Notes under the pieces: model-generated
What the model was told of the DNA's origin: nothing
Seen by the model: only the letters and a program-made list of their open reading frames with translations
The model's database searches: none
Made by a program: the position numbers and the translations under genes
Shown: piece after piece, positions 1 to 10,311 of the stretch
Layout of the letters: every line of letters begins with the position of its first letter
Numbering within the stretch: the stretch's first letter is position 1
NCBI GenBank assembly: GCA_003561875.1
Contig: PWVL01000075.1
Coordinates: forward strand, 2,042-66,041
DNA: 64,000 bases
Origin: Desulfuromonadales bacterium
GTDB lineage: Bacteria > Desulfobacterota > Desulfuromonadia > Desulfuromonadales > Syntrophotaleaceae
Reading direction: 5' to 3'

Positions 1-694
1 ACAGAAACCCGCCGATATGCGCGCCATAGGCAACGCCGGAACCGCGACCGGTGGTCAGCAGAAAAGGAATCAGATTGTCGAGAATCAGATAAAAACCGAG
101 CACCAGCCGGGCCGGCAGATAGAGGGTCTGCACCAGGATCGGAAACAGCAGTACCAGAGTTTTGACCTGATTGCGGGGAAACCACACAAAGTAGCAGCCC
201 AGCACCCCGGAAATGGCACCGGAAGCTCCCACCAGAGGGATTTGCGAACCGGGCACGAACAGGGCGAAGAACAGGGTGGCGGCGACCCCGGCCATCAGAT
301 AACCGAGCAGGTAACGCACCGGTCCGACACGGTGTTCGACATTGTCCCCGAAAATATACAGAAACAGCATGTTGCCGGCCAGGTGCAGCCAGCCGCCGTG
401 CAGGAACATGGAAGTGAACAGGGTAGTCAGGCTGGCCGCTGCAGGGCGGTATCCGTAGCGGAACACAAACAGGTCGTAGGCGCTGAGATGTTCCAGAACC
501 TGTTGTGCGGAAATGTGGCCGCGCACTCCGATGACACGCAGATATTCAAGCAGAAGAGGGTCGCCAAGGTCGGGCCGGCTCAGGCTGAGAGGCAGGCTGA
601 TAAAAAGAAAGATCCCGACATTGACGGCGATGAGCAGGCTGTTGACGGGAGAAAATCCGGGAGGATTGGGGGTGTCCCCATAAGGTAGAAACAT
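1..694 (-). CDS. Rhomboid-family intramembrane serine protease (3' end runs off the left edge of the window)
   Basis: Absent from the ORF track because it has no stop codon in the window. My own minus-strand translation from ATG 694..692 gives MFLPYGDTPNPPGF...FLHGGWLHLAGNMLFLYIFGDNVE...VGASGAISGVLG...AHIGGF. These are the rhomboid H/N motif, the GxSG catalytic serine and the downstream His, all within hydrophobic helices. AGGA lies 7 nt upstream of the ATG. The listed 17..688 (+) ORF is its antisense shadow. Confidence 0.8.
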   Translation of the reverse strand, partial: MFLPYGDTPNPPGFSPVNSLLIAVNVGIFLFISLPLSLSRPDLGDPLLLEYLRVIGVRGHISAQQVLEHLSAYDLFVFRYGYRPAAASLTTLFTSMFLHGGWLHLAGNMLFLYIFGDNVEHRVGPVRYLLGYLMAGVAATLFFALFVPGSQIPLVGASGAISGVLGCYFVWFPRNQVKTLVLLFPILVQTLYLPARLVLGFYLILDNLIPFLLTTGRGSGVAYGAHIGGFL

Positions 695-874
695 GATCTG
701 TCCTTAACAGCGGAGGTTTCAGCCAGTGTTCCTGCATAACGGACGCCGGCCTCAAATCTCCACAGGTTTATCCTGTCATGCTACCATATCCTGGCCGGCG
801 AAGCATTCCCCCAATCCAAGGCGCCCCCGATCCTGGACCCGCCCTTACCGGCCCCCGTCGATCACAAAGCAAAA

Positions 875-1312
875 CTACAAGCGGCAGCGAAGGGACTTGA
901 TGCCTTCGGCAAACAGTATTTCCATCTTGTTCGGCTTGACCACCTGCTGAACCATGCCGACCCCGAAAGTGGGGTGATTCACCAGGTCACCAACCCGGTA
1001 GCTCCGATCCATGCGGTAAGCGACAGTTACGCCGGAGTCGGCTTTTTCAGTGGCATCCCGCCATTCCTGCTGTTGGGCCTTCCACCGGCGGTCCACCCTG
1101 GTGCGTCGACCGGGCTTGGCCGGGGAAACCCTGGGAGGGGAAGCTTCGGTCAAAACCGGCGGCCGGTAATTGTGGTCACCACTGCAGGTATTGCAGCGCA
1201 CACGCGCCGGGCTTTCCGCCACCATGGCGATAATGGTGTGATTGGTGATCTCTCGGCAACGTGTACAGCGTGCGTCGATATGGTCGCCGGCTTTTTTTTC
1301 CGTTTTGGGCAT
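875..1312 (-). CDS. Hypothetical protein with N-terminal CxxC...CxxC zinc ribbon and a C-terminal Tudor/DUF3553-like module
   Basis: 145-aa ORF. CTRCREITNH...VRCNTCSGDH forms a four-Cys ribbon. The C-terminal YRVGDLVNHPTFGVGMVQQV...ILFAEG resembles the small beta-barrel found at the UvrD/PcrA C-terminus. No function can be assigned. Confidence 0.55.
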   Translation of the reverse strand: MPKTEKKAGDHIDARCTRCREITNHTIIAMVAESPARVRCNTCSGDHNYRPPVLTEASPPRVSPAKPGRRTRVDRRWKAQQQEWRDATEKADSGVTVAYRMDRSYRVGDLVNHPTFGVGMVQQVVKPNKMEILFAEGIKSLRCRL

Positions 1313-1343
1313 AATTCCTCTATATGGCGCCGAAAAAACGGCA

Positions 1344-1375
1344 ACAGAAAGGCCCCCGGGATTCCCCGGGGGCCT
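1344..1375 (-). terminator. Intrinsic terminator downstream of ppdK
   Basis: Minus strand reads AGGCCCCCGGG-gaat-CCCGGGGGCCT followed by TTTCTGTTGCCGTTTTTT. This is an 11-bp GC stem located 30 nt after the ppdK stop. Confidence 0.55.
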
Positions 1376-1407
1376 GGGAGTCGCAAATGGCCAGGTAAAC
1401 AGATGGC

Positions 1408-4068
1408 CTAGGAACTTAGAAGAACGGCATGGGCCGCCGCCAATCGGGCCACCGGGACCCGGTAGGGGGAACAGGACACATAGTCGAGACCGTTGTTGTG
1501 ACAGAAAATGACACTGCTGGGCTCCCCGCCGTGCTCGCCACAGATCCCCAGTTTGATGTCCGGCCGGGTCCGGCGGCCCCCCTCGCAGCCCATCCGGATC
1601 AGTTGTCCCACCCCTTCCTGATCCAGCACCACAAAAGGATCGTCGGGCAGCACCTCGCGATTGACGTAATAGGGCAGAAACTTGCCGGCGTCGTCGCGGG
1701 ACAGGCCAAAGGCGGTCTGGGTCAGGTCATTGGTGCCAAAGGAGAAGAATTCGGCTTCCCGGGCGATTTCATCGGCGGTGAGCGCCGCCCGGGGCAGTTC
1801 GATCATGGTGCCAATGAGATATTCCACCCGAATGCCGTAACGGCCGAGAACTTCCTCCACCACACGTATCGCATTGCTGCGCAGCACCTTGAGTTCGTTG
1901 ACATGGCCGACCAGCGGGATCATGATCTCCGGAACAATCTCGTAGCCCTCGTCCTTCACCAGTTCACAGGCCGCTTCCATGATGGCCTGAACCTGCATGT
2001 CGTAGATCTCCGGAAAGGTTATGCCCAGGCGGCAGCCGCGATGACCCAGCATCGGATTGAACTCGTGCAGGAACTCGGCTTTGTTCTTGAGCACCTGGGG
2101 CTGAACCTCCATGACTCCGGCAAGTTCCTCGATATCCTTGTCCGTATGGGGAATAAATTCGTGCAGCGGCGGATCGAGCAGGCGAATCGTCACCGGTAGG
2201 CCCTTCATCTCACGGAACAGGCCAAGAAAATCGCCTTTCTGCATAGGCAGAATTTTGGCCAGTGCCCGTTTGCGGCCCTCCGCATCTTCGGCGAGAATCA
2301 TTTCCCGCACCGCCATGATACGGTCATGCTCGAAAAACATGTGTTCGGTTCGACACAGACCGATGCCCTCGGCGCCGAACTTGCGCGCCACAGCCGCGTC
2401 CTGAGGGGTGTCGGCATTGGTCCGCACCCGTAGCCGGCGGAACCTGTCAACCCAGGTCATGAGCAGCCCAAATTCGCCGGTCAGTTGTGGCTGCACAGTC
2501 GCTACCGAACCCTTCATCACCTCCCCGGTGGAACCGTCGAGGGTAATGACGTCGCCCTTCTTGAAGATTTCGCCGCTGCCGGTCACGAACTGTTGCGTCC
2601 CGTAGTCCACCTTGATGCCGCCGCAGCCGGCGACGCAGCACTTGCCCATGCCGCGGGCAACCACTGCGGCGTGCGAGGTCATGCCGCCACGGGCGGTAAG
2701 AATTCCCTGGGCGGCGTGCATGCCGTGAATGTCCTCGGGACTGGTTTCAATACGAACCAGAATCACTTTCAAGCCCAGCTTGCTGGCTTCCTCGGCGTCT
2801 TCGGCGGAAAAAACCACCTCGCCGGAAGCGGCACCCGGAGACGCCGGAAGCCCGGTGGCAATCACTTCCCGCCGAGCCTTGGGATCCAGGGAGGGGTGCA
2901 GCAGCTGATCGAGCTGGCTTGGCGCAACCCGCATAACCGCCTCTTTCTCGCTGATCAAACCTTCCTGAACCATGTCCACGGCAATCTTGATGGCCGCTTT
3001 GGCGGTCCGCTTGCCGTTTCGGGTCTGTAGCATGTAAAGCTTGTTTTTCTCGATGGTGAACTCAATGTCCTGCATGTCCCGGTAATGTTTTTCCAGGGTC
3101 TTCTGAATGTCCATCAGCTGCTGATAGCAGTCGGGCATGACCTCTTCCAGAGAAGGCAGGGGACTGTCACCACCGGCCTTGTTGATGGGCTGGGGGGTAC
3201 GAATCCCGGCTACCACATCCTCCCCTTGAGCGTTGAGCAGAAACTCGCCGAAGAAGTAATTTTCCCCTGTTGACGGGTCGCGGGTAAAGGCCACTCCAGT
3301 GGCGCAGGTGTTGCCCATGTTGCCGAAAACCATGGCCTGAACGTTGACGGCAGTGCCCCAGTTGGAAGGAATGTTGTTGAGCTTGCGGTAGGTGATGGCG
3401 CGGGGATTCATCCAGGAGCCGAATACGGCGTTGATGGCCCCCCAGAGCTGCTGCTGGGGGTTGTCCGGAAATTCACAGCCGAGGAATTCACGAATCTTGG
3501 CCTTGAACAGGTGGACCAGCTGCTTGAGATCGTCGGCGGAGAGTTCCGTGTCGAGGCTGACGCCGCGCATTTCCTTCATGTTCTCCAGCAGATGCTCCAA
3601 CTGGGAACCGTCCATGTTCATGACCACGTTGCTGTACATCTGAATGAACCGTCGGTAGGAATCATAGGCGAAACGGGGATCGCCGCTTTGTTCAATCAAC
3701 CCCTGCACCGTGGTGTCGTTGAGACCCAGGTTGAGAACCGTGTCCATCATGCCGGGCATGGAAGCCCGGCTGCCGGATCGAACCGAAAGCAGCAGGGGAT
3801 TGGAACCGTCGCCGAATTTTTTATTCATGGCCACTTCAAGTCGGGCCAGGTGGGTGGCAACTTCTTCTTCAACTCCTGCGGGATAGCGCCGTTCATTTTT
3901 ATAGAACTCGGTGCAGAGTTCCGTGGTCAGGGTAAAACCGGGGGGCACCGGCAGACCGATGGAGCACATTTCGGCCAGATTGGCTCCTTTGCCACCCAGC
4001 AGGTTTTTCATTTCCGCGGTGCCCTCGCTCTCGCCCGCACCAAAGTAGTACACATATTTGACCGCCAT
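1408..4068 (-). CDS. ppdK: Pyruvate, phosphate dikinase
   Basis: 886-aa ORF with MAVKYVYYFG...GGKGANLAEM (ATP-grasp N-terminus), GGMTSHAAVVARGMG (phospho-His swivel domain) and CGEHGGEP in the C-terminal PEP-utilising domain. Confidence 0.97.
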   Translation of the reverse strand: MAVKYVYYFGAGESEGTAEMKNLLGGKGANLAEMCSIGLPVPPGFTLTTELCTEFYKNERRYPAGVEEEVATHLARLEVAMNKKFGDGSNPLLLSVRSGSRASMPGMMDTVLNLGLNDTTVQGLIEQSGDPRFAYDSYRRFIQMYSNVVMNMDGSQLEHLLENMKEMRGVSLDTELSADDLKQLVHLFKAKIREFLGCEFPDNPQQQLWGAINAVFGSWMNPRAITYRKLNNIPSNWGTAVNVQAMVFGNMGNTCATGVAFTRDPSTGENYFFGEFLLNAQGEDVVAGIRTPQPINKAGGDSPLPSLEEVMPDCYQQLMDIQKTLEKHYRDMQDIEFTIEKNKLYMLQTRNGKRTAKAAIKIAVDMVQEGLISEKEAVMRVAPSQLDQLLHPSLDPKARREVIATGLPASPGAASGEVVFSAEDAEEASKLGLKVILVRIETSPEDIHGMHAAQGILTARGGMTSHAAVVARGMGKCCVAGCGGIKVDYGTQQFVTGSGEIFKKGDVITLDGSTGEVMKGSVATVQPQLTGEFGLLMTWVDRFRRLRVRTNADTPQDAAVARKFGAEGIGLCRTEHMFFEHDRIMAVREMILAEDAEGRKRALAKILPMQKGDFLGLFREMKGLPVTIRLLDPPLHEFIPHTDKDIEELAGVMEVQPQVLKNKAEFLHEFNPMLGHRGCRLGITFPEIYDMQVQAIMEAACELVKDEGYEIVPEIMIPLVGHVNELKVLRSNAIRVVEEVLGRYGIRVEYLIGTMIELPRAALTADEIAREAEFFSFGTNDLTQTAFGLSRDDAGKFLPYYVNREVLPDDPFVVLDQEGVGQLIRMGCEGGRRTRPDIKLGICGEHGGEPSSVIFCHNNGLDYVSCSPYRVPVARLAAAHAVLLSS

Positions 4069-4137
4069 GGGCCTATCCTCCTGAATATGGGTTAGTCGGG
4101 CGAAGCCCGGACAAAATCTGCACCAAATCGGCGCCGC

Positions 4138-6204
4138 TTATTCAGCGAGCCTGGAAAAGTCGGCTATCTGTTCCAGCAATCGGGTCACCGCCGTTAACAA
4201 CGCCAGACGGTTGACCCTGACCTGTTCGTCTTCGACCATGACCATGACTCCCTCGAAAAAAGCATCGACGAAGGGTCCGAGTCCGGCCACCACCTGCAGC
4301 GCGGTGCCGTAGTCGCTTGCGGCAACGCGCCGCCGGCACTCGGCGGCAGCCTTTTCAAGGGCTGCGAAGAGCTGCTTTTCGCAGTCCCCCTCAAACAGAG
4401 CCGGTTCCACCGGCCCCTCAACGCCGCCTTTAATAATATTGCCTGCCCGCTTGAAAGCAACCACCAACTGCTGATAATCGTCCCGACCGCGAAACGCGGC
4501 CAGGGCCTGCACCCGGGCCAGGGCATCAGCGGGATCGTCAAAATTAGCGCTCAGGACCGCATCCACCAGGTCCTGCGGATGCCCCTGGGCCACAAGCTGA
4601 TGAAAGAATCTCTGACGCACGAAAGCCTCGACCTCGGCCGCCACTTCCTGCTCGGATCGCTGCAGTTTGTCCTCCAGCAACGCCAGACTCTGGCGGATCA
4701 GTTCAGGCAAAGACAGACGATAACCCTGCTCAAGAACGATGTTGAGAATCCCCAGGGCGCTGCGTCGCAACGCATAGGGATCGGCGGTGCCGGTGGGGAT
4801 CAGTCCGACTCCGAAACAGCCGCAGATCGTGTCGATCTTGTCGGCGATGGAAACAAAGGCCCCGACCGAATCCGAAGGGAGTTCGCCACCGGCCTGAACC
4901 GGCAGATAATGCTCAAAGATGGCCCGGGCGACCCGTTCATCTTCTCCTTCAAGACGGGCATATTCCCGGCCCATAACCCCCTGCAGCTCGGGAAACTCAT
5001 AGACCATTCCGGTTTCCAGATCGCATTTGGCCAACAGAGCCGCGCGCTCGACAAGCTTCTCCACGGAAGGGTCGTGCCGGCGTGCCAGCCCCACCGCCAG
5101 TTCCCTGAAGCGCATCACCTTTTCGTAGCTGGTTCCCAGGCTGGCCTGGTAGATCACGTTTTTGAGGTTTTCAAGGCGGCTCTCCAGAGGGATCCTGCGA
5201 TCTTCGTCCCAGAAGAACATCGCATCAGCCAGGCGGGCCCGCAAAACCCGTTCATTCCCGCGGCTGACCACCTTCGGGTCCTCCACCCGGGTATTGGAAA
5301 CGGTGATAAAGCGGGGCAGCAGGGCGCCCCGTTCGTCGAGCAGAGTGAAGTAGCGCTGATGTTCACGCATGGTAGTGATGAGAAGTTCGCGGGGCAGAGC
5401 CAGATAGCGTTCTTCAAAAAAACCGGACACCGCCACGGGATATTCCACCAGGTTGCAGACTTCGTCGAGCAACTCGGGGTCAGGATTGAGACGCCCGCCA
5501 GCCTCGCGGGCGGCCCGCTCCAGTTCTGCCGCGATCAAGGTCCGGCGCCGGGCAGGCTCGGCGATCACAAAGTGTTTTTCCGCCGCGGCTAGAAACTGCT
5601 CGCAGGAGGTCACCCTAAAGGTCTCGGGGGCCATGAACCGGTGGCCGCGAGACCGGTCGCCGCTGGTCAGGTTGCCGTACGCAAAGGGCACCACCGCGCC
5701 GTCAAACAAAGCCACGATCCAGTGCATGGGACGGGCAAAACGAATTTCCAGGTCTTTCCAGCGCATCGACTTGCGAAAGCTCAGGCTGCCGATCAGACGC
5801 GGCAGAATCTCCGGCAACAGTTCTGCTGTCGGCCGGCCCTCGATTACTCGGGAAAGATGCAGGTATTCCCCCTTGTCCGTTGTCACTCGGCTCAGGTCGG
5901 CTACCTCGACGCCGTTGCTGCGGGCAAAACCGAGGGCCGCCTTGGTCGGGCGGCCATCACCGTCAAAAGCGACCTTCACCGACGGGCCGGCCACATTCAG
6001 TTCCTGCCGCTCCTGCTGCAGGGCGACTCCGACGGCGGCAATACCCAGACGTCGAGGGGTGGCGAAGGTACGGACCTCCCCGCAATGGATGCGGGCGTTT
6101 TTCAGCTCTTTAAACAACAATCGTTCCAGATCGGCCATCGCCGCCGGCAAAAAACCCGCCGGAATCTCTTCTGTACCCAACTCCAGGAACAGCTCAGCAG
6201 ACAT
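4138..6204 (-). CDS. glyS: Glycine--tRNA ligase beta subunit
   Basis: 688-aa ORF beginning MSAELFLELGTEEIPAGF. Length and sequence are typical of GlyS, and it lies directly downstream of glyQ. Confidence 0.96.
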   Translation of the reverse strand: MSAELFLELGTEEIPAGFLPAAMADLERLLFKELKNARIHCGEVRTFATPRRLGIAAVGVALQQERQELNVAGPSVKVAFDGDGRPTKAALGFARSNGVEVADLSRVTTDKGEYLHLSRVIEGRPTAELLPEILPRLIGSLSFRKSMRWKDLEIRFARPMHWIVALFDGAVVPFAYGNLTSGDRSRGHRFMAPETFRVTSCEQFLAAAEKHFVIAEPARRRTLIAAELERAAREAGGRLNPDPELLDEVCNLVEYPVAVSGFFEERYLALPRELLITTMREHQRYFTLLDERGALLPRFITVSNTRVEDPKVVSRGNERVLRARLADAMFFWDEDRRIPLESRLENLKNVIYQASLGTSYEKVMRFRELAVGLARRHDPSVEKLVERAALLAKCDLETGMVYEFPELQGVMGREYARLEGEDERVARAIFEHYLPVQAGGELPSDSVGAFVSIADKIDTICGCFGVGLIPTGTADPYALRRSALGILNIVLEQGYRLSLPELIRQSLALLEDKLQRSEQEVAAEVEAFVRQRFFHQLVAQGHPQDLVDAVLSANFDDPADALARVQALAAFRGRDDYQQLVVAFKRAGNIIKGGVEGPVEPALFEGDCEKQLFAALEKAAAECRRRVAASDYGTALQVVAGLGPFVDAFFEGVMVMVEDEQVRVNRLALLTAVTRLLEQIADFSRLAE

Positions 6205-6291
6205 AGAGAAAACTCCGTCCTCCTTCTACGAAAAGACAGACCACGAAACCCTTTTGATGTCCGTGGCGCAGGTCACAGGAGCCTGAATCCG

Positions 6292-7176
6292 CTAGCGGTT
6301 CAGCAGCGGAAAGCCCATTTTTTCCCGCAGGGCGACGTAGCCCTCGGCACAGAGCCGGGAGAGCGTGCGGACTCGACCAATGTAATGGGCCCGCTCGGTG
6401 ACCGAAATAACCCCCCGGGCATCCAGCAGATTGAAAGCGTGGGAGGCCTTGAGTACAAAGTCATAGGCCGGAAAGACCAGCTGCCGCTCCACCAGGCGAG
6501 CGCACTCCTTTTCGTACATCTCAAACAACCGGAACAGCATCTCGGTGTCGGCGACCTCGAAATTGTAGGTCGAAAACTCCACCTCGGTCTGATGATGGAC
6601 ATCGCCATAGCGAATGCCCGGTGTCCACTCCAGGTCGTAGACGTTGTCGACTCCCTGCAGATACATCGCAATGCGCTCGCATCCGTAGGTGATTTCAGCG
6701 GAAACCGGCTTCAGGTCGAGCCCTCCTGCCTGCTGAAAATAGGTGAACTGGGTGATCTCCATACCATCCAGCCAGACCTCCCAGCCGAGGCCCCAGGCCC
6801 CCAGGGTCGGGGATTCCCAGTCATCTTCGACAAAGCGGATGTCGTGGCGGGAAGGGCTGATACCAAAACTTTTCAGGGACTCCAGATAGAGGTCCTGAAT
6901 ATTCATGGGCGACGGCTTCATGATCACCTGAAACTGGTAATAGTGTTGCAACCGGTTGGGATTTTTCCCGTAGCGGCCGTCGGTGGGACGCCGTGAAGGT
7001 TCGACGTAGGCGACTTTCCAGGGTTCGGGCCCTAGTACCCGAAGAAAGGTTGCCGGATGAAAGGTGCCGGCACCTTTTTCCACGTCATAAGGCTGTTGCA
7101 GCACGCACCCCTGTCCGGCCCAAAAGGTCTGCAGGGAAAGGATAAGCTCTTGAAATGTCACAACGCCTCCAGGCAT
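6292..7176 (-). CDS. glyQ: Glycine--tRNA ligase alpha subunit
   Basis: The ORF 6292..7266 contains [25 protein letters not shown]...[19 protein letters not shown] place the start at the internal Met ([12 protein letters not shown] 7176) because homology begins there. Confidence 0.93.
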   Translation of the reverse strand: MPGGVVTFQELILSLQTFWAGQGCVLQQPYDVEKGAGTFHPATFLRVLGPEPWKVAYVEPSRRPTDGRYGKNPNRLQHYYQFQVIMKPSPMNIQDLYLESLKSFGISPSRHDIRFVEDDWESPTLGAWGLGWEVWLDGMEITQFTYFQQAGGLDLKPVSAEITYGCERIAMYLQGVDNVYDLEWTPGIRYGDVHHQTEVEFSTYNFEVADTEMLFRLFEMYEKECARLVERQLVFPAYDFVLKASHAFNLLDARGVISVTERAHYIGRVRTLSRLCAEGYVALREKMGFPLLNR

Positions 7177-7290
7177 TTGCCGCCCGCCGCGGTTAAACGA
7201 CCGTGAGGGCAAGAGATTAGCATTTTCAGGGGAGCCAAGGTAGCTCTTTTTATCCGAGCCTGTCAACCCAATTCAGCCCCTCTGGAAAGA

Positions 7291-8067
7291 CTAGCGGATC
7301 GCTTTGACCCGGGCCTTTCCGGCCAGCATCTGCTCCATGAAAGGTTGAGATTTCAAAGGCCGGACAAGATGCTGACGCAGGATGTCCTGCAAAATCCCGC
7401 CGGCCTCCTGCAAGGTCCTTTCGCTAAAGCGGAATCCCTCAAACAGGGTCACTGGTGCCTGCAGGGAACGCCCCAGGGTACCCAGGGTCATCGCAGAGAC
7501 CCGCAGTGGAAGCGCCGCGGGGGCACACTCCAGACACAGACCACCGCCGTTTGCAGCGGAAAAGGCTACCTCATCGCTATCCAGTGGAAAGTTGCAGGAG
7601 CTGCAGTGGACAAAATGAGGAGCGTAACCAAGCTGCGAAAGAAGACGCAGCTCGAACAGCAGCCGCGCCTCAAGGGACAGTCCGGCCTTGGACAGATGAC
7701 CGAGAAACGCTCTGAGCAGGTGAAAAATCTCGGAGCAGGGCTGAGCTTCAGCTGTCAGCGCCTCCACCAGTTCGCAGCCGTAGGAGGCCAGAGCCAGGGC
7801 GCCGACATCCCGCCGAACGCCACTGTGCAGGTCGATCAGTTCGGCATCCTGCAAGGACACCAGGTCGCCTGAAGTCCTGCCGCTCCAGCGCAGGTGAACG
7901 TAAGCAAACAGCTCCAGTGCCGAACCGAACCGTTTGCGACTCTTGCGGGCGTTGTGGGCAAAGCCCTTGAGCAGTCCCTGTTCCAGAGAAAAGAAACTGA
8001 CGATACGATCCGCATCCTTGTAGTCGAGATGGTGCAGAACAATAGCTTCGGACTCTTCTTGTCGCAT
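7291..8067 (-). CDS. recO: DNA repair protein RecO
   Basis: MRQEESEAIVLHHLDYKDADRIVSFFSLEQGLLKGFAHNARKSRKRF is a RecO OB-fold N-terminus, and a CSSC...CLEC zinc motif follows. The start is moved to Met48 of the 7291..8208 ORF. Confidence 0.88.
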   Translation of the reverse strand: MRQEESEAIVLHHLDYKDADRIVSFFSLEQGLLKGFAHNARKSRKRFGSALELFAYVHLRWSGRTSGDLVSLQDAELIDLHSGVRRDVGALALASYGCELVEALTAEAQPCSEIFHLLRAFLGHLSKAGLSLEARLLFELRLLSQLGYAPHFVHCSSCNFPLDSDEVAFSAANGGGLCLECAPAALPLRVSAMTLGTLGRSLQAPVTLFEGFRFSERTLQEAGGILQDILRQHLVRPLKSQPFMEQMLAGKARVKAIR

Positions 8068-8557
8068 AAATTCAATGCCCTGTACGGCTAGCCACCTGTC
8101 TTTCCCCGTCCGGCCATGGCGGCATTCATGGTGACCGAACGCACGAATAACAACCTCTTGCCCGCAGCTTCTGTCGCAACCCGAAAAACCGCTTCCGGTC
8201 TTTGTCAACGGCCGGCCGGGTCATTAGCCCAGCTGACTTAGAGACAGCGTCGCCCTGCCGAAATAGATCAGAATCCCGGTGATGTCGTTGGCGGTTCAAA
8301 GAAGTGGGCTCGAAACGTTGTCCGCCGGATGGGATTTGACTATCACCTTGGAAGGATTGGGGAAAGCATCGCGCCGGATCAGCCGTCGTACCGTGTCGCA
8401 AAGCAGCCGCAGTTTCTGATGCAAGGACAAATCTCCACCGGGCAGAACCGTTTCAAATACGCAAGTTTAGCACCCGCGCAGCAAGCCTGTCAACGCGGCA
8501 GACCGGCAGGCCTCTGTCGCCACGAAGGCCCGGAACAACCCTGGAGACGGCGGAGTC

Positions 8558-8586
8558 GTTGACAGGGACCCGGCAACGGAGTACTG
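8558..8586 (+). promoter_or_regulatory. Candidate sigma-70 promoter for the methyltransferase gene
   Basis: TTGACA (8558-8563), a 17-nt spacer, then TACTGT (8581-8586), about 40 nt upstream of ATG 8628. Confidence 0.35.
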
Positions 8587-8627
8587 TGCGCAGACGTCGC
8601 TTGAAGCGCATTTTCCCGGGATTCGTT

Positions 8628-10016
8628 ATGCCCAAACAGCCGTTTAAAGCCGGTCCGCAGCGCCGCCGTAAGGTTCAGCCAGGCATCGAAGTCACCATCA
8701 GCCACCTCAACGACGACGGCGTCGGCGTTGCCCGCCATGAAGGCCGTGAGTTGCTGGTTGCTGGCAGCCTCGCCGGCGAGAAGGTGTTTGTGACCGTCGA
8801 ACACGCCGGTCAACGGCGCAGCATCGGCTCCCTGCAGCGCATCCATGAAAAAAGTCCGCTTCGACGTCCCTCTCCCTGCTCCTGCGCCAACCTCTGTCAG
8901 GGCTGCGCTCTGCTTCCCATGCGCTACGAAGCCCAGCTACGCTACAAGGAAGCCCGCCTGAAACAGGCCCTCGGCAACTATGAGAACCTGAAAAACCTGC
9001 AGCCACAGCCCATCTGGTCCGCCACCAACCCATTGGGTTATCGAACCAGCGCCAAGCTGGCCCTGGGCAAGACACGGGGACGGGTCCAGGTCGGTCTGTA
9101 CCGACGCGGCACCCACCAGATCGTCGACATCGGCGACTGTCCGCTGCACCACCCTCTCATCAATCGAATTGTACGGGTGGTCCGGGAGGAAATTCAGCGG
9201 CAGAATGTTTTCATTTACGACCCCGTCACTCGCCGCGGCCTGCTGCGCTACCTGCTGGTAAGAATCAGCCCCGCAACAGAGAAGGCCATGGTCACGTTCG
9301 TCACCGCTGAGCGGAACTATCGAGAGATCACCCATCTCGCCAAATGGCTGTCCCGCAAAATCCCCCAGGTCATCTCTGTTCACCAGAACGTCAACGGCTC
9401 TTCGGGTAATGTAATTCTGGGCCGGGAAACCATCCGCATGCTCGGTATGCCGGATCTCATCGACCAGACCGGTGAAGTCCGCCTGCGGATTTCACCGGCG
9501 TCCTTCTCTCAGGTGAATCATGAACAGGCTGCACGAATTTACGAATTGGCCCGCAAGTGGGCCCGGCTTGAGTCGCATCAGACCGCCCTGGACCTGTATT
9601 GCGGCATCGGCGGCATCGCTCTGCACCTGGCCCGGGATGCCGGCGAAGTCATCGGCATCGAAGTGGTGGAGGATGCGGTGCGCAACGCCACGGAGAACGC
9701 CCGCATGAACCAGCAGCACAACTGCCGCTTTGTGGCCGGCGATGTCGCCGATCTGCTTCAGGACCTGGTTCCCGGGGGCATCGCGGCTGCAATCCTCAAC
9801 CCCCCTCGAAGCGGTTGTCAGGCGAAGGTGATCGAGACTTTGGTCACCCTGGCGCCGCCGGTCCTGATCTACATTTCCTGCAATCCCGCCAGCCTGGCCC
9901 GCGACCTCGACCTGTTCCGGTCCCGGGGATACGATATCATCAACCTGCAGCCCGTGGACATGTTTCCCCAGACCGCCCATCTTGAAACCGTGGTGCGCCT
10001 GCACCGCAAACGCTGA
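8628..10016 (+). CDS. 23S rRNA (uracil-5-)-methyltransferase, RumA/RlmD family (TRAM + Fe-S + SAM MTase)
   Basis: Contains a TRAM-like N-terminus, the Cys cluster CSCANLCQGC, the SAM motif LDLYCGIGGIAL and the catalytic ISCNPASLARD. The start is set at MPKQPFK (Met24 of the track ORF). Confidence 0.88.
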   Translation: MPKQPFKAGPQRRRKVQPGIEVTISHLNDDGVGVARHEGRELLVAGSLAGEKVFVTVEHAGQRRSIGSLQRIHEKSPLRRPSPCSCANLCQGCALLPMRYEAQLRYKEARLKQALGNYENLKNLQPQPIWSATNPLGYRTSAKLALGKTRGRVQVGLYRRGTHQIVDIGDCPLHHPLINRIVRVVREEIQRQNVFIYDPVTRRGLLRYLLVRISPATEKAMVTFVTAERNYREITHLAKWLSRKIPQVISVHQNVNGSSGNVILGRETIRMLGMPDLIDQTGEVRLRISPASFSQVNHEQAARIYELARKWARLESHQTALDLYCGIGGIALHLARDAGEVIGIEVVEDAVRNATENARMNQQHNCRFVAGDVADLLQDLVPGGIAAAILNPPRSGCQAKVIETLVTLAPPVLIYISCNPASLARDLDLFRSRGYDIINLQPVDMFPQTAHLETVVRLHRKR

Positions 10017-10052
10017 AAGCCGACAGCGGCCGACAGCCTGCTTTTTCAAGTT

Positions 10053-10084
10053 AAAAAAGGCCCCTCGGCAACTGCCGAAAGGCC
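10053..10084 (-). terminator. Intrinsic terminator downstream of the cold-shock gene
   Basis: Minus strand reads GGCCTTTCGGCA-g-TTGCCGAGGGGCC followed by TTTTTT. The stem is about 12 bp including two G.U pairs. Confidence 0.6.
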
Positions 10085-10110
10085 TCGGAAATCAGCTGAA
10101 AAGGGCAGCA

Positions 10111-10311
10111 TCAGAGTTTGATCACATTGGAGGCCTGGGGGCCTTTCTGGCCTTCGGTGATATCAAAACGCACCCTTTCGCCCTCCGCCAGGGACTTGAA
10201 ACCTTCGGCCTGAATTACGGAAAAGTGCACAAAAACATCGGGGCCTCCCTCCTGCTCGATAAAACCGAATCCCTTGGCGTCATTGAACCACTTCACTACA
10301 CCTTCTGCCAT
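10111..10311 (-). CDS. Cold-shock protein, CspA family
   Basis: [31 protein letters not shown] carries the RNP1/RNP2 motifs. It is 66 aa, starting at Met44 of ORF 10111..10440. Confidence 0.95.
   Translation of the reverse strand: MAEGVVKWFNDAKGFGFIEQEGGPDVFVHFSVIQAEGFKSLAEGERVRFDITEGQKGPQASNVIKL

Noticed and set aside
17-688. 223-aa plus-strand ORF at the left edge
   Set aside because: The opposite strand encodes a rhomboid protease with all catalytic motifs. The plus-strand product is Gln/Gly/His-rich and not protein-like.
7254-7268. 15-nt identity (CCGAGCCTGTCAACC) with the 5' part of the Moco riboswitch at 57625-57639, followed by a CTGGAAAG resembling the riboswitch 3' end
   Set aside because: A few exact 15-mer matches are expected by chance in a 64-kb GC-rich window. 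No plus-strand gene lies downstream, and the internal ~60 nt of the riboswitch are missing. I treat it as coincidence or, at most, a dead remnant.
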